Shown one piece after another: positions 45,660-54,994 of a DNA stretch of 64,000 bases. Every line of letters begins with the position of its first letter. The first letter of the stretch is position 1. The notes under the pieces were generated by a model that was not told the DNA's origin, did not search any database, and worked only from the letters and a program-made list of their open reading frames with translations. Position numbers and translations under genes: made by a program. Source of the DNA: an uncultured Verrucomicrobiota bacterium (GTDB lineage: Bacteria > Verrucomicrobiota > Kiritimatiellia > PWTM01); assembly GCA_964610105.1 (NCBI GenBank), contig CAZSUU010000006.1, forward strand, positions 70,068 through 134,067, in the 5' to 3' direction.

Positions 45660-47057
45660 ATGAGAACACAGAACCTGCGAGCCCTCCACACCGCCCTGGC
45701 CATGATGCTCATCGCGGCCGGCGCGGTTTCCGCCTTCGCGCAAGTCGTCACCCACCCCGCTCCGCCGGAGGAAGTCCGCTCGCCGGACTACAGGGTCTGG
45801 GCGAACGAACAGCCGGTGGACGTGTACACCGCGCGGACGCTTGACCCGCCGTTCGCGGGGAAAGAGTGGAACTACGGAGGGCCGTATGCCTTCGCCAACT
45901 TCGACGCCGGCGGCGGGGTGACGGTGCGCGTCACGTCCGTCCGTTCAATGCGGTCTGCTGTAATCCGGCCGGAGTCTGCCGGTGTGCGGCCGGTGATCGC
46001 GGACGACCACACGCTGTCTCTTGTGCTCGACGGACCGCGCCATCTGAGCATCGAGCCGGACGGGAAGAAGGGGCCGCTGTTGCTCTTCGCGAATCCCCTC
46101 GAAACCGACCGGCCGCCGGAGGGGGCGCCGGGCGTGATCCGCTTCGGTCCCGGCGTTCACACGGCCGGCCTCGTGCGGGTCGGGTCCGGCGAGACGCTCT
46201 ACCTCGAGGGCGGGGCGGTCGTGAAGGGCGCGGTGCTGGCGGAAGGGACGAACATCGCGATCCGCGGCCGCGGCATTCTGGACGGGTCCGACTACGAGTG
46301 GCGCAAGGGACCCTATGGCCACACCCTCGGTATCATCGGCACCAATGTGACGGTTGAAGGCATCACCATCCGCGGCTCGTCGCACTGGACCCTCGTGCCG
46401 CGCCACAGCCGCGACGTGACCATTCGGAACGTCAAGATCTGCAACGGGCGCGTGCAGAACGACGACGGCATCAACCCGTGCAACTCGCAGCGGGTGCTCA
46501 TCGCCGACTGCTTCATCCGGAGCGACGACGACTGCGTGGCGCTCAAGGGTCTCGAGAACAGGGGGGAGGTCAGCCACGTCGAGGACATCACGGTCGAGCG
46601 TTGCATCCTGTGGTGCGACCGCGCGCGGATCTTCCTGCTCGGCCACGAGAGCCGGGCGCCGTTCATGCGCCGCGTGACCCTGCGCGATCTCGACATCATC
46701 CACTTCACGATGACACCGTTTCTGTTCGAGCCCGGCGAGGAGATGCGGCTCGAGGACATCCGGGTCGAGGACGTGCGCATCCACGGCGAAGGGCAGCGGG
46801 AGTTTATACGGCTGAAACCCGTTGTGAACCAGTACATGCGCACCAAGGTTCCGGGACACGTTCGGGGTGTGACGTTCAAGAACGTGACGATCACCGGCGG
46901 AACCGGTGGGTACGGGGTGCAGCTCGCGGGCGCCGATGCGGAGCATGCGGTGCGGGACGTGACGTTCGAAGGCGTGACGATCGGCGGCGAGCCGCTGACG
47001 GCCGGATCCGCCCGGCTGAGCGCGGGAGCGCATGTGCATGAGGTGCGCTTCCGGTAG
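45660..47057 (+). CDS. GH28-like glycoside hydrolase (polygalacturonase/rhamnogalacturonase fold)
   Basis: The signal peptide is MRTQNLRALHTALAMMLIAAGAVSAFA. GH28-like catalytic motifs are present: NDDGINPCNS and IRSDDDCVALKG. Confidence 0.7.
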   Translation: MRTQNLRALHTALAMMLIAAGAVSAFAQVVTHPAPPEEVRSPDYRVWANEQPVDVYTARTLDPPFAGKEWNYGGPYAFANFDAGGGVTVRVTSVRSMRSAVIRPESAGVRPVIADDHTLSLVLDGPRHLSIEPDGKKGPLLLFANPLETDRPPEGAPGVIRFGPGVHTAGLVRVGSGETLYLEGGAVVKGAVLAEGTNIAIRGRGILDGSDYEWRKGPYGHTLGIIGTNVTVEGITIRGSSHWTLVPRHSRDVTIRNVKICNGRVQNDDGINPCNSQRVLIADCFIRSDDDCVALKGLENRGEVSHVEDITVERCILWCDRARIFLLGHESRAPFMRRVTLRDLDIIHFTMTPFLFEPGEEMRLEDIRVEDVRIHGEGQREFIRLKPVVNQYMRTKVPGHVRGVTFKNVTITGGTGGYGVQLAGADAEHAVRDVTFEGVTIGGEPLTAGSARLSAGAHVHEVRFR

Positions 47058-48084
47058 AGTCGCCGGCCGCGGCGAGGGCGGGAGCGCGGCGGGCGAGGAG
47101 ACGGCGCCGGGGCAGAGGCGAGGGTCTTCTGCCCATCGCATCGGAGCGGCCGGGCTGCTAGCGGCGGCCGGCGCGGTGTCGCTGCTGGGTTTCCTCGGTT
47201 CGCTCCACTGGGCGCTCGATCTCCTCTCTCATTTCAGGGTGCAGTACCTCGTCGTTCTCGCCGTCACGGCCCTGCTGCTGGCGGCCCTGCGGCGGTGGCG
47301 TCCGGCCGCCCTGGCGGGCGCCCTGGCGGCCGTCAATCTCGCGGCGATCCTCCCGCTCTACTCGGGCGGAACAACCCGGCCTGCAGCATCGGCAGGCACG
47401 CTGCGCGCCATGCTGATCAACGTGAACACGCGTTCGGGAGATCCGCAGCGGGTTGCCGCGGCCGTCGCCGAGCTCGCCCCGGACGTCCTGGCGCTCGAAG
47501 AAGTGAACCAACAATGGCTGGAGGATCTGGGACCGTCGCTGGCGGGCTTTGCCCACTCCGTGGCGGAACCGCGTGACGACAACTTCGGCATCGCCCTCTT
47601 CAGCCGGTTTCCGGTCACTCGCTCCCGGATCGCCTGGATCGGGGAGGCAGAAGTGCCTTCGGCGGAGGCCGTGATCCGGACGCCCGGTGGCCCGTGCACC
47701 GTGCTTGTCACGCATCCGCTGCCACCCGGCGGTGGGGAGTACTCCCGGCTGCGCAACGCCCAGCTCGCCGCCCTGCCCGCGTGGGTGCGCGAGGCGGAAC
47801 CGCCGGTACTGCTGTTGGGCGACCTCAACGCTTCCCCCTGGAGTCCCCATTTCCGACGGCTGCTGCGCGACTCGGGGCTGCAGGACAGTGCCAGGGGATG
47901 GGGTGTTCAACCGACCTGGCCCGTTTTCAATCCGCTCCTGCGCATTCCCATCGATCATGCCCTGCATTCGCCCGGTATAGGCATTGTGCGCAGGGCCATC
48001 GGTCCGGACGTCGGGTCGGACCATTTCCCGCTGATCGTCGACTTTGCCGTCGAAGCGCCGAAGCGCGAACGGGAAGGATCATGA
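47032..48084 (+). CDS. Endonuclease/exonuclease/phosphatase (EEP) family protein with an N-terminal membrane anchor; start uncertain
   Basis: The EEP C-terminal motif GSDHFPLIVDF is present, with the upstream block LINVNTRSGD. Two N-terminal TM helices are predicted. Confidence 0.6.
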   Translation: MCMRCASGRVAGRGEGGSAAGEETAPGQRRGSSAHRIGAAGLLAAAGAVSLLGFLGSLHWALDLLSHFRVQYLVVLAVTALLLAALRRWRPAALAGALAAVNLAAILPLYSGGTTRPAASAGTLRAMLINVNTRSGDPQRVAAAVAELAPDVLALEEVNQQWLEDLGPSLAGFAHSVAEPRDDNFGIALFSRFPVTRSRIAWIGEAEVPSAEAVIRTPGGPCTVLVTHPLPPGGGEYSRLRNAQLAALPAWVREAEPPVLLLGDLNASPWSPHFRRLLRDSGLQDSARGWGVQPTWPVFNPLLRIPIDHALHSPGIGIVRRAIGPDVGSDHFPLIVDFAVEAPKREREGS

Positions 48085-48487
48085 AGAACCGGTACCTGCG
48101 ACCTGAACAGGCCAATTCTCGTCGTAAGAACGTTTTCAGCCACACGTCCCACTTGTCGGCGTACGCCGACGCGTCACACAAGAGGAACACCGGCGAGTCC
48201 GGTCGGGCCTTGCTGCTCTCTACGACCCTCTTCGCCAGATCGCCAGGCGGGATCCGCATGAGAAGGGGATGATCGAGGCGCGACCACCAGAGCCTCTGTG
48301 CGGGGATCCCTGAGGGGGCGGGCCGCAACCGAAAGGTCTGGGCCGTTCAATGCACTCGCTCCATGCCTTCGCTTTCTCGATGGTCTGCCGCAATTGCCGG
48401 TCTTGCGTCTTCGCGCCGGCAGAGTGGCGCGCGCACACGCCACACAAAGCCGTGCATAACGTCCCGAAAGAGGTTACACAACTGCCC

Positions 48488-50191
48488 ATGAAACCCGCAT
48501 TCATCTGTTTCGTCGCGTTTACAGTCGCGTCGGCGTGGTCGGCCCACGCCGCGGAGAGCGCGGCTTCGCGCAAGAAGTTCATCGAGCTCGGCTGGGACAT
48601 CCCCGACACGCGGTTCCTCCGCGAGCACCACCGCCGGATGGAGAAGGAGGGGCCGTTCGACGGCGTCATCTTCAGCGTCGAGGCCGCGACGGAGGACGGA
48701 AGGCAGGTCGGCACGCAGGGCGGCTGGAGCCGCGACCGCTGGAAGAGGGAATGGTTCAAGGCCGCGCTGGACGACCTGAAGGCGTGTGCGTTCACGAGAT
48801 ACACGGACAACTTCATCCGCTTCAACGCCACGCCCAGGCGCATCGAGTGGAGCGACGACGAGGGGTGGGGCGCGCTGGAGGAAAAACTGCGCATCTGCGG
48901 ATGGATCGCGCGCGAGGGTCGGGCGAGGGGCATCGCGCCGGATTTCGAGCCGTATGGCGAGAATCAATGGCAGTACAGCCCGACGAATGGGCGCTCGTTC
49001 GCCGAGACCGCCGCGCTGGCGCGCAAGCGCGGCGCGCAGTTCGCGCGCGGCCTCGCCTCGGAAATGCCCGATGCCGTCGTGCTGACGCTCTTTCTGAATA
49101 GCGTGGTGCTCCGGGCCGGTCTGGCCGACGATCCGGATGTCCTGCTCGCCAGGGAACACTACGGGCTCCTGCCCGCGTTTTTCAACGGTATCCTCGACGC
49201 CGCGCCGCCGGGGATGGTGATCGTGGATGGCTGCGAAGGCGGCTACTACATGGACAGCGTGGAGGCCTACCAGCGGGCGGCGCTCGACATGCGCTCGTGG
49301 AACGGCCCCGCGATCGCGCTGGTTGCGCCGGAGAACCGCGCGAAGTACCGGCAACAGGTGCAGGCGGGTTTCGGATTCTACCTCGACATGTTCCTGAACG
49401 AGGAAGGTCACACTTACTACCGCGGGCCGCTCGACGGTTCGCGGCTCAAGCGCCTCTCGCGGAACCTCTGTGCCGCGCGCGACGCCGCGGACGAGTACGT
49501 GTGGATCTACGGCGAGCAATGCCGCTGGTGGAGCGGCCTGGCCGTGGAGAAACCCTGGAACGAGGAGGGCCTGAAGAAGACCGTCGGCAAGGGCCGCGCG
49601 TGGGAAGAGGCCCTGCCCGGTGTCACGCGGGTCGTCGCACGGGCCCGTGACCTCGAAGGGGCGGTCCGGGAGGAAGTCGCGGCCATGAAGGCCGGGGGGA
49701 CGGCGACCAACCTCGCCGCGAACGCCGGTTTCGGAGAGCCGCCGAAGAGCGGCCAGACCCTGCCGCCGGCCTGGTCCGCCTGGCAACACGAGAAAGACCC
49801 CGCCGGGACCTTCGATTGGGACGGAACGGTCGGCGACGGATCGGCCCGCGCCCGCAAGGTGAAATGGGGCTGCTTCATTCAGACCCTTCCCGCCGCCCCG
49901 GGGCAGATATTCGCCGTACAGGCCGACTGCAGATCCAACGGCTCAACGGCGCCGGCCATGACTGTCCGCTGGCAGACGGCCGACCACAAGTGGACGCATG
50001 AGGCCGATGACCGGACGTTCGCATTCGCTTCGGGCGGCGACGGGTGGAAACGCGCCTTCGGCGTTGTCCAAGTGCCCCCCGACGTCGGCCGGCTCGTGAT
50101 GTTGCTTGATGTCCGGGGTCAGGAGACCGCCGACGATGTCTGCTGGTTCGACAATGTCGAAATCCACCGGCTGTCCGATCAGGGTCACTGA
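48488..50191 (+). CDS. Hypothetical secreted protein with a C-terminal CBM4/9-like beta-sandwich domain
   Basis: The signal peptide is MKPAFICFVAFTVASAWSAHA. The coding composition is clean. The C-terminal roughly 140 aa resemble carbohydrate-binding modules (WKRAFGVVQVP...CWFDNVEI). Confidence 0.55.
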   Translation: MKPAFICFVAFTVASAWSAHAAESAASRKKFIELGWDIPDTRFLREHHRRMEKEGPFDGVIFSVEAATEDGRQVGTQGGWSRDRWKREWFKAALDDLKACAFTRYTDNFIRFNATPRRIEWSDDEGWGALEEKLRICGWIAREGRARGIAPDFEPYGENQWQYSPTNGRSFAETAALARKRGAQFARGLASEMPDAVVLTLFLNSVVLRAGLADDPDVLLAREHYGLLPAFFNGILDAAPPGMVIVDGCEGGYYMDSVEAYQRAALDMRSWNGPAIALVAPENRAKYRQQVQAGFGFYLDMFLNEEGHTYYRGPLDGSRLKRLSRNLCAARDAADEYVWIYGEQCRWWSGLAVEKPWNEEGLKKTVGKGRAWEEALPGVTRVVARARDLEGAVREEVAAMKAGGTATNLAANAGFGEPPKSGQTLPPAWSAWQHEKDPAGTFDWDGTVGDGSARARKVKWGCFIQTLPAAPGQIFAVQADCRSNGSTAPAMTVRWQTADHKWTHEADDRTFAFASGGDGWKRAFGVVQVPPDVGRLVMLLDVRGQETADDVCWFDNVEIHRLSDQGH

Positions 50192-50281
50192 TGATGTTCC
50201 TTCTCATATGAAGAACCGATGTATCAAGCTACTGTAGATATGTGATATCTATGCCTTGACATATCCAAATGACAGCTTATT

Positions 50282-51520
50282 GTGTATAGCATGTATATCA
50301 ATAGAACAGCAGAAAACGCGCTTGTCACCATGTTGGATGGGGATAAGGTGGGCATTGTCCTTGGCGCGCGCCAAGTGGGAAAGACAACCCTGGTGGAACA
50401 TGTTCTGAGTGGCCGAAAGGCGCGATTTCTGAACTTCGATGTCGAAGTCGATAAGCGTCAGTTTCTGGCAGCCGCAGCATTGCCGCCGGCTGATGCTCTT
50501 CAATCATTCGGCAATCCGGAGGTGTTGGTCGTCGATGAGGCGCAACGCCTGCCGGAGACGGCGCGTGTGGTCAAAGGTTGGCATGATGCACGCCTGCCGG
50601 CCAAGATACTGCTCTTGGGTTCCTCGAGTCTGAACCTGCTCGACCAGACGGCGGAGGCGTTGACAGGGCGCAACGAGAAGCTTCGACTGCCGCCGTTACT
50701 GTTTGAGGAGGTCCTGCGAAGCAAAGACTGGTGCTCGGAATCGTTCACGCCAACCCTCCTGCAAGACCAGTTTGCCGCCCCTCTGCGAACGTCGCTGCTG
50801 CAGGCCATGGCGTTTGGCGGGTATCCCGAAGTTGTGCTCGCCAGCAACAAGCCCCGGCTTCTTCGGCAGCTGAGCGCGGACTATCTCTGGCAGGACATCT
50901 TGCAGACTGGCTTGGTGAAGTCTCCTGACCTGATCAAGCGCCTTCTGATGCTCCTGGCCCATCAGGCCGGAAACGAGATCTCCACCCACGAACTCGCAAC
51001 ACAACTCCAGATGGCGCGCCCTACGGTCGAAAGGTATCTCGATCTGTTGGAAGAGACCTTTGTGATCTTCCGCCTGCCGGCGTTCAGTACAAATCCGCGC
51101 AAGGAGATTGCCCGGAGTCGCAAGGTCTTCTTCTGGGACACCGGCATCCGCAATGCCCTGCTGAATGCCTTCTCCACCGACGAATTCCGGCCCGATATCG
51201 GTGCCCTGTGGGAGAACTGGGTCATTGCCGAAGCGGCCAAGCACAATCTTCTCGCCGGGAACCCCGCCGATCTCTTCTTCTGGCGCACGCGGGCGCAGTC
51301 GGAAGTAGACTTGGTCCTCAAGCTGGGAAACCGGCTGCAGGCATTCGAGATCAAGTGGCGAGCCAAGCGCCCGAGCACCCGCGCGTTCACCGCGCAGTAC
51401 GGGGTCGGCGTGCAGGTCGTCAGCGCGGCCGCGCCGTTGATCGGCTCCATTATCCGGCTTGAAGAGGAGATGATGACTCCGCATGGGGACGCCGTATCCC
51501 CTGGCCGCCTTCCTGCGTAG
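50282..51520 (+). CDS. AAA-family ATPase with a C-terminal DUF4143 domain (AAA_14 family), on a low-GC island
   Basis: The Walker A motif is GARQVGKTT and the Walker B region is VLVVDEAQ. The DUF4143-like C-terminal half carries FFWRTRAQSEVDLVL. Codon GC is visibly lower than in neighbouring genes. Confidence 0.8.
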   Translation: MYSMYINRTAENALVTMLDGDKVGIVLGARQVGKTTLVEHVLSGRKARFLNFDVEVDKRQFLAAAALPPADALQSFGNPEVLVVDEAQRLPETARVVKGWHDARLPAKILLLGSSSLNLLDQTAEALTGRNEKLRLPPLLFEEVLRSKDWCSESFTPTLLQDQFAAPLRTSLLQAMAFGGYPEVVLASNKPRLLRQLSADYLWQDILQTGLVKSPDLIKRLLMLLAHQAGNEISTHELATQLQMARPTVERYLDLLEETFVIFRLPAFSTNPRKEIARSRKVFFWDTGIRNALLNAFSTDEFRPDIGALWENWVIAEAAKHNLLAGNPADLFFWRTRAQSEVDLVLKLGNRLQAFEIKWRAKRPSTRAFTAQYGVGVQVVSAAAPLIGSIIRLEEEMMTPHGDAVSPGRLPA

Positions 51521-51673
51521 CTTCTGAGCGAGGCAGCGTAGCGCGGCCCGCCACAGCGCGGAGTCCGGGAGTTGAAGGTCGAGGATTGTGCGTCCATCCG
51601 GTCCGCGGGGCGCGGACCCTCCCGGTGCGAGGGGGAGGTGGACAGAGACCGGCCGTCCGGTTACAAGACGGAC

Positions 51674-54400
51674 ATGAGACACCGGATTCCTCCTTTCGTC
51701 TGTGCCATTGCCGCCATTCTCGCCTTGACCGGATGCATGTCGCCGCGGCCGCCGCCGGCCGAATTCTACGTATCCCCGCGGGGCAACGACGCGTGGTCCG
51801 GGCGGCTCGCAGCGCCCGACGCGGGTCGCACCGATGGTCCCTTCGCCACCTTCGAGCGCGCACGACAGGCGGTGCGTGAACTGAAGGCCGCCGACCCCGC
51901 CCGCGCGGATCCCGTACGCGTGCTCATCCGCGGAGGCACGTATCGCCTGCCGCGCACCCTCGTCTTCGAGCCGGCCGATTCGGGCAAGGAGGCCGCCCCC
52001 GTGGTCTACGAAGCCTGGCCGGGCGAGGAACCGGTGTTGAGCGGCGGCGAGACGGTCGCGGGATGGCGCGAGGTGGCGTCCGGCCGCTGGGAGGTCACGC
52101 TCCCGGACGTGGCCGCGGGCACGTGGTATTTCTCGCAGCTGTACGTCAACGACCAGCGCCGCTACCGGCCGGTGCTGCCGAAGGAGGGTTACCGCTTTAT
52201 TGCGGCGCCGATGTACCCGTCGCAGGGCGAGAACCCCGACCGCTTCGTCTTCCGGCCCGGCGAGTTCCGTGCGGACGGGCATGCGCTGAACGACATCGAA
52301 GTCACGACGTTCCATCTCTGGACGATGGACCGCCTGCGGATCCAATCGTTGGACGAGGCGCGCCGTGTCGTGACCTTCACCGGGCCGTCGCACAGCCGCG
52401 ATCAGGCGCCGCTCACGCCGTCCACCTGGTACCGCGTCGAGAACGCGCGCGAAGCGCTCTCGGGGCCGGGCGAGTGGTACCTCGACCGTGCCAGCGGCGT
52501 GCTCACGTACCTGGCGAGACCCGGCGAAAGGCCGGACCGCGTCGCGGTCGTCGCGCCGCGGCTGGAGTCCCTTGTGCGATTCCAGGGTGACGTGGAGAAG
52601 GGGGCGTTTGTGCAGCATGTCGTGTTCCGCGGACTGACGTTCGCCCATCAGGGCTGGAACACGCCGGCGCGCGGATACGGATTCCCGCAGTGCGATCTGC
52701 CGCCGGAAGGCGCCGTGTCGGGCCGAAACGCCCGGCACTGTGCGCTGGAGGGCTGCGTCGTGCGCCACACGGCCGGCTATGCGGTGGACTGGGGCGACGG
52801 ATGCCGCTCCAACCGCGTCGAACGTTGCGAGCTCTTCGACCTCGGCGGCGGAGGCGTCAAGATCGGACCGATTCGGCTTGGATGGGAGGCGGACACGAAC
52901 AAGTGGGCCGGCGGATGCGTGGTTCGCGACACCCTGATCGCGCACGGCGGCCGCGTGTTCCCGGCGGCCGTGGGCGTGTGGATCGGGCATGCGGACCACA
53001 ATGTCGTCGAACACAACGAGATCTTTGACTTCTATTACTCCGCCGTCTCGGTCGGGTGGAAATGGGGCGCCGGCTTCAGCCCCGCCCATCACAATCTGGT
53101 CGCGTCGAATCACCTTCACCATCTCGGCCAGGGCGTGCTGAGCGACCTCGGCGGCATCTACACGCTCGGGGAGTCGCCGGGCACCGCTCTTCGGGCGAAC
53201 CACATCCATCACGTCGCACGCGCGCGCTACGGCGGCTGGGGCATCTACTTCGACGAAGGCAGCTCGAATGTGCTCGCCGAGGCCAATTTCGTGCATCACA
53301 CCCAGGACGCCGGCCTGCACCAGAACTACGGCAACGAGAACATCGTCCGGGGCAACCTGTTCGCGTTCGGCACGAACGGGCTGATGCGGTTCAGCGATGC
53401 GCGCCGCAGTTGCGGCATGACGATCGAGAGCAACCTCTTCCTGGCCGTCGCGACAAACCTCTTCGAGGTGGACCACATCCCGCGCGCGTTTCGGTTCCGC
53501 GGCAATTTCTACGCGGCGGTGGGGGACGTCGACGACCTGCGGTTCACCAACGGCCTGGCCCTTGCGGCGTGGCGGGCGGTCGAGTCCGATGCCGTGTCCG
53601 GCGATCCCGGCTTGATGGCGCCGGCCGCGGGCGATTTCCGGTTCCGACCGGATTCGGCCGCGCGCCGGGCGGGGTACGCGGTGCTTGATCCCGCCTCCGC
53701 CGGACGGCGCACGCGATCGAACCGGACGGACCGCCTGCCGCCGGTTCCCCCCGCCTTTCCGCCCGCGCCCCCGCCCACGGCGGGCGCGCCCGCCGCGGTG
53801 GCGGATGACTTCGAGCTGGGTGCGGTCGGGCAGCGGGCCATCGATTTCGTGACGGATGTCGGAGGGGCCGGGCGGGTGGCGATCGCGGACGATGCGGCGG
53901 CGGGGGGCAGCCGTCATGCGCTGCGCTTCGAGGAGGGTGAGGGGTCGCCGCTCCCGTGGCAACCGCACCTCTACCGCCCGGCGGTCTACAACCGCGGCGA
54001 AATCCGAAACGCGTTCGACCTCCGAGTCGGCCCCGGCGCACACGTGAACTGGGAATGGCGCGACTGGCCGCAGTTCGGGCACGGCTACTCCGCCGGACCC
54101 TCGATCACCGTGAGGCCGGACGGCATGCTGGCGGCCGCCGGCAAGGACCTGCTCCGCCTGCCCGCCGGACAGTGGGTCCGGCTGGAGATGAGATGCGGTG
54201 TCGGCGACCGCTGTGACGGCACGTGGTTCCTCGCGGTGACGCTGCCGGGCGAGAAGGAACCGCGGCGGGTTGAACGCTTGCCCTGCAACCCGAAGTTCAA
54301 GACGGTGGACTGGGTGGGCTTCTCCAGCCTGGGGGACACGGGCACCGTGTTTCACGTGGACAACTTCGAAATGGAGACGAAGGAGGGGACAATCCAGTGA
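51674..54400 (+). CDS. Right-handed parallel beta-helix repeat lipoprotein, paralog B of 43458..45539
   Basis: The lipobox is MRHRIPPFVCAIAAILALTGC. It shares the N-terminal motif NDAWSGRLAAPDAGRTDGPFATFERARQAVR with paralog A. Many beta-helix repeats follow. Confidence 0.75.
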   Translation: MRHRIPPFVCAIAAILALTGCMSPRPPPAEFYVSPRGNDAWSGRLAAPDAGRTDGPFATFERARQAVRELKAADPARADPVRVLIRGGTYRLPRTLVFEPADSGKEAAPVVYEAWPGEEPVLSGGETVAGWREVASGRWEVTLPDVAAGTWYFSQLYVNDQRRYRPVLPKEGYRFIAAPMYPSQGENPDRFVFRPGEFRADGHALNDIEVTTFHLWTMDRLRIQSLDEARRVVTFTGPSHSRDQAPLTPSTWYRVENAREALSGPGEWYLDRASGVLTYLARPGERPDRVAVVAPRLESLVRFQGDVEKGAFVQHVVFRGLTFAHQGWNTPARGYGFPQCDLPPEGAVSGRNARHCALEGCVVRHTAGYAVDWGDGCRSNRVERCELFDLGGGGVKIGPIRLGWEADTNKWAGGCVVRDTLIAHGGRVFPAAVGVWIGHADHNVVEHNEIFDFYYSAVSVGWKWGAGFSPAHHNLVASNHLHHLGQGVLSDLGGIYTLGESPGTALRANHIHHVARARYGGWGIYFDEGSSNVLAEANFVHHTQDAGLHQNYGNENIVRGNLFAFGTNGLMRFSDARRSCGMTIESNLFLAVATNLFEVDHIPRAFRFRGNFYAAVGDVDDLRFTNGLALAAWRAVESDAVSGDPGLMAPAAGDFRFRPDSAARRAGYAVLDPASAGRRTRSNRTDRLPPVPPAFPPAPPPTAGAPAAVADDFELGAVGQRAIDFVTDVGGAGRVAIADDAAAGGSRHALRFEEGEGSPLPWQPHLYRPAVYNRGEIRNAFDLRVGPGAHVNWEWRDWPQFGHGYSAGPSITVRPDGMLAAAGKDLLRLPAGQWVRLEMRCGVGDRCDGTWFLAVTLPGEKEPRRVERLPCNPKFKTVDWVGFSSLGDTGTVFHVDNFEMETKEGTIQ

Positions 54401-54673
54401 GCGGCATCTTCTGCCGGGTGTGGGCGAGCTCGCCATTCTGGGATGTGGAGCATGCGCGATCCGGCGCCTACGATGAAGCCCGCGGGCGTCGGATCGGCGA
54501 GCTGCTCCCCGCGAAGCCCGGCCGGCCGGTGTTGCTGGCCGAGAGCGGGGCGGTGGAGCCCCATCACAGGGATCCGTTCAAGCTCTACCCGCTGAAAGGG
54601 CGGACGTGAAACAGGGCCGTGTCAGACTCCCGTCCTTCCGCCGCTCGCTGGTGGTGCGCATTGCGACGGGGTC

Positions 54674-54925
54674 GTGATGGAAGAGCGATTGCGCGACGCG
54701 TTGCGGTTCCTGCGGTTGTTTGAACATGGCGGCATGACCCGGGAGACGGCCGGCCACTACGCCCGGATTGCCGCTGACCTCTGGCGGCGGAGGTTGCTCC
54801 ACGGGGTATCGAAGGCCGATGTGTGGATCGCCGCGTGGGCGATGGAGAACAACGCCGTGCTCGCCACCCGCAACCGGCGTCATTTTGAGCGCGTCCCCGG
54901 GCTGAAAATTCTCGCGTCGGATTGA
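54674..54925 (+). pseudogene. Truncated PIN-domain (VapC-like) gene remnant lacking the N-terminal catalytic region
   Basis: An 83-aa ORF ends ADVWIAAWAMENNAVLATRNRRHFERVPGLKI, the VapC C-terminal consensus. No MxxLDTNV-type N-terminus is found in any frame upstream. Confidence 0.5.
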
Positions 54926-54994
54926 ATCGCCCCTCCGTCTGGAATGGGACATGATGTGCGGAGAGTCATCGACCCACAGGAAAGGAAGCGCGCC

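Noticed and set aside
50696-54436. 1246-aa minus-strand ORF, and other long antisense ORFs (for example 34319..36895, 20825..22534, 12557..14350, 1791..3512, 16966..20967)
   Set aside because: These ORFs are Arg/Gly/Pro/Ala-rich with low-complexity translations. They are fully overlapped by well-supported genes on the other strand that have recognisable domains. They are the typical stop-codon-poor antisense frames of a 68% GC genome.
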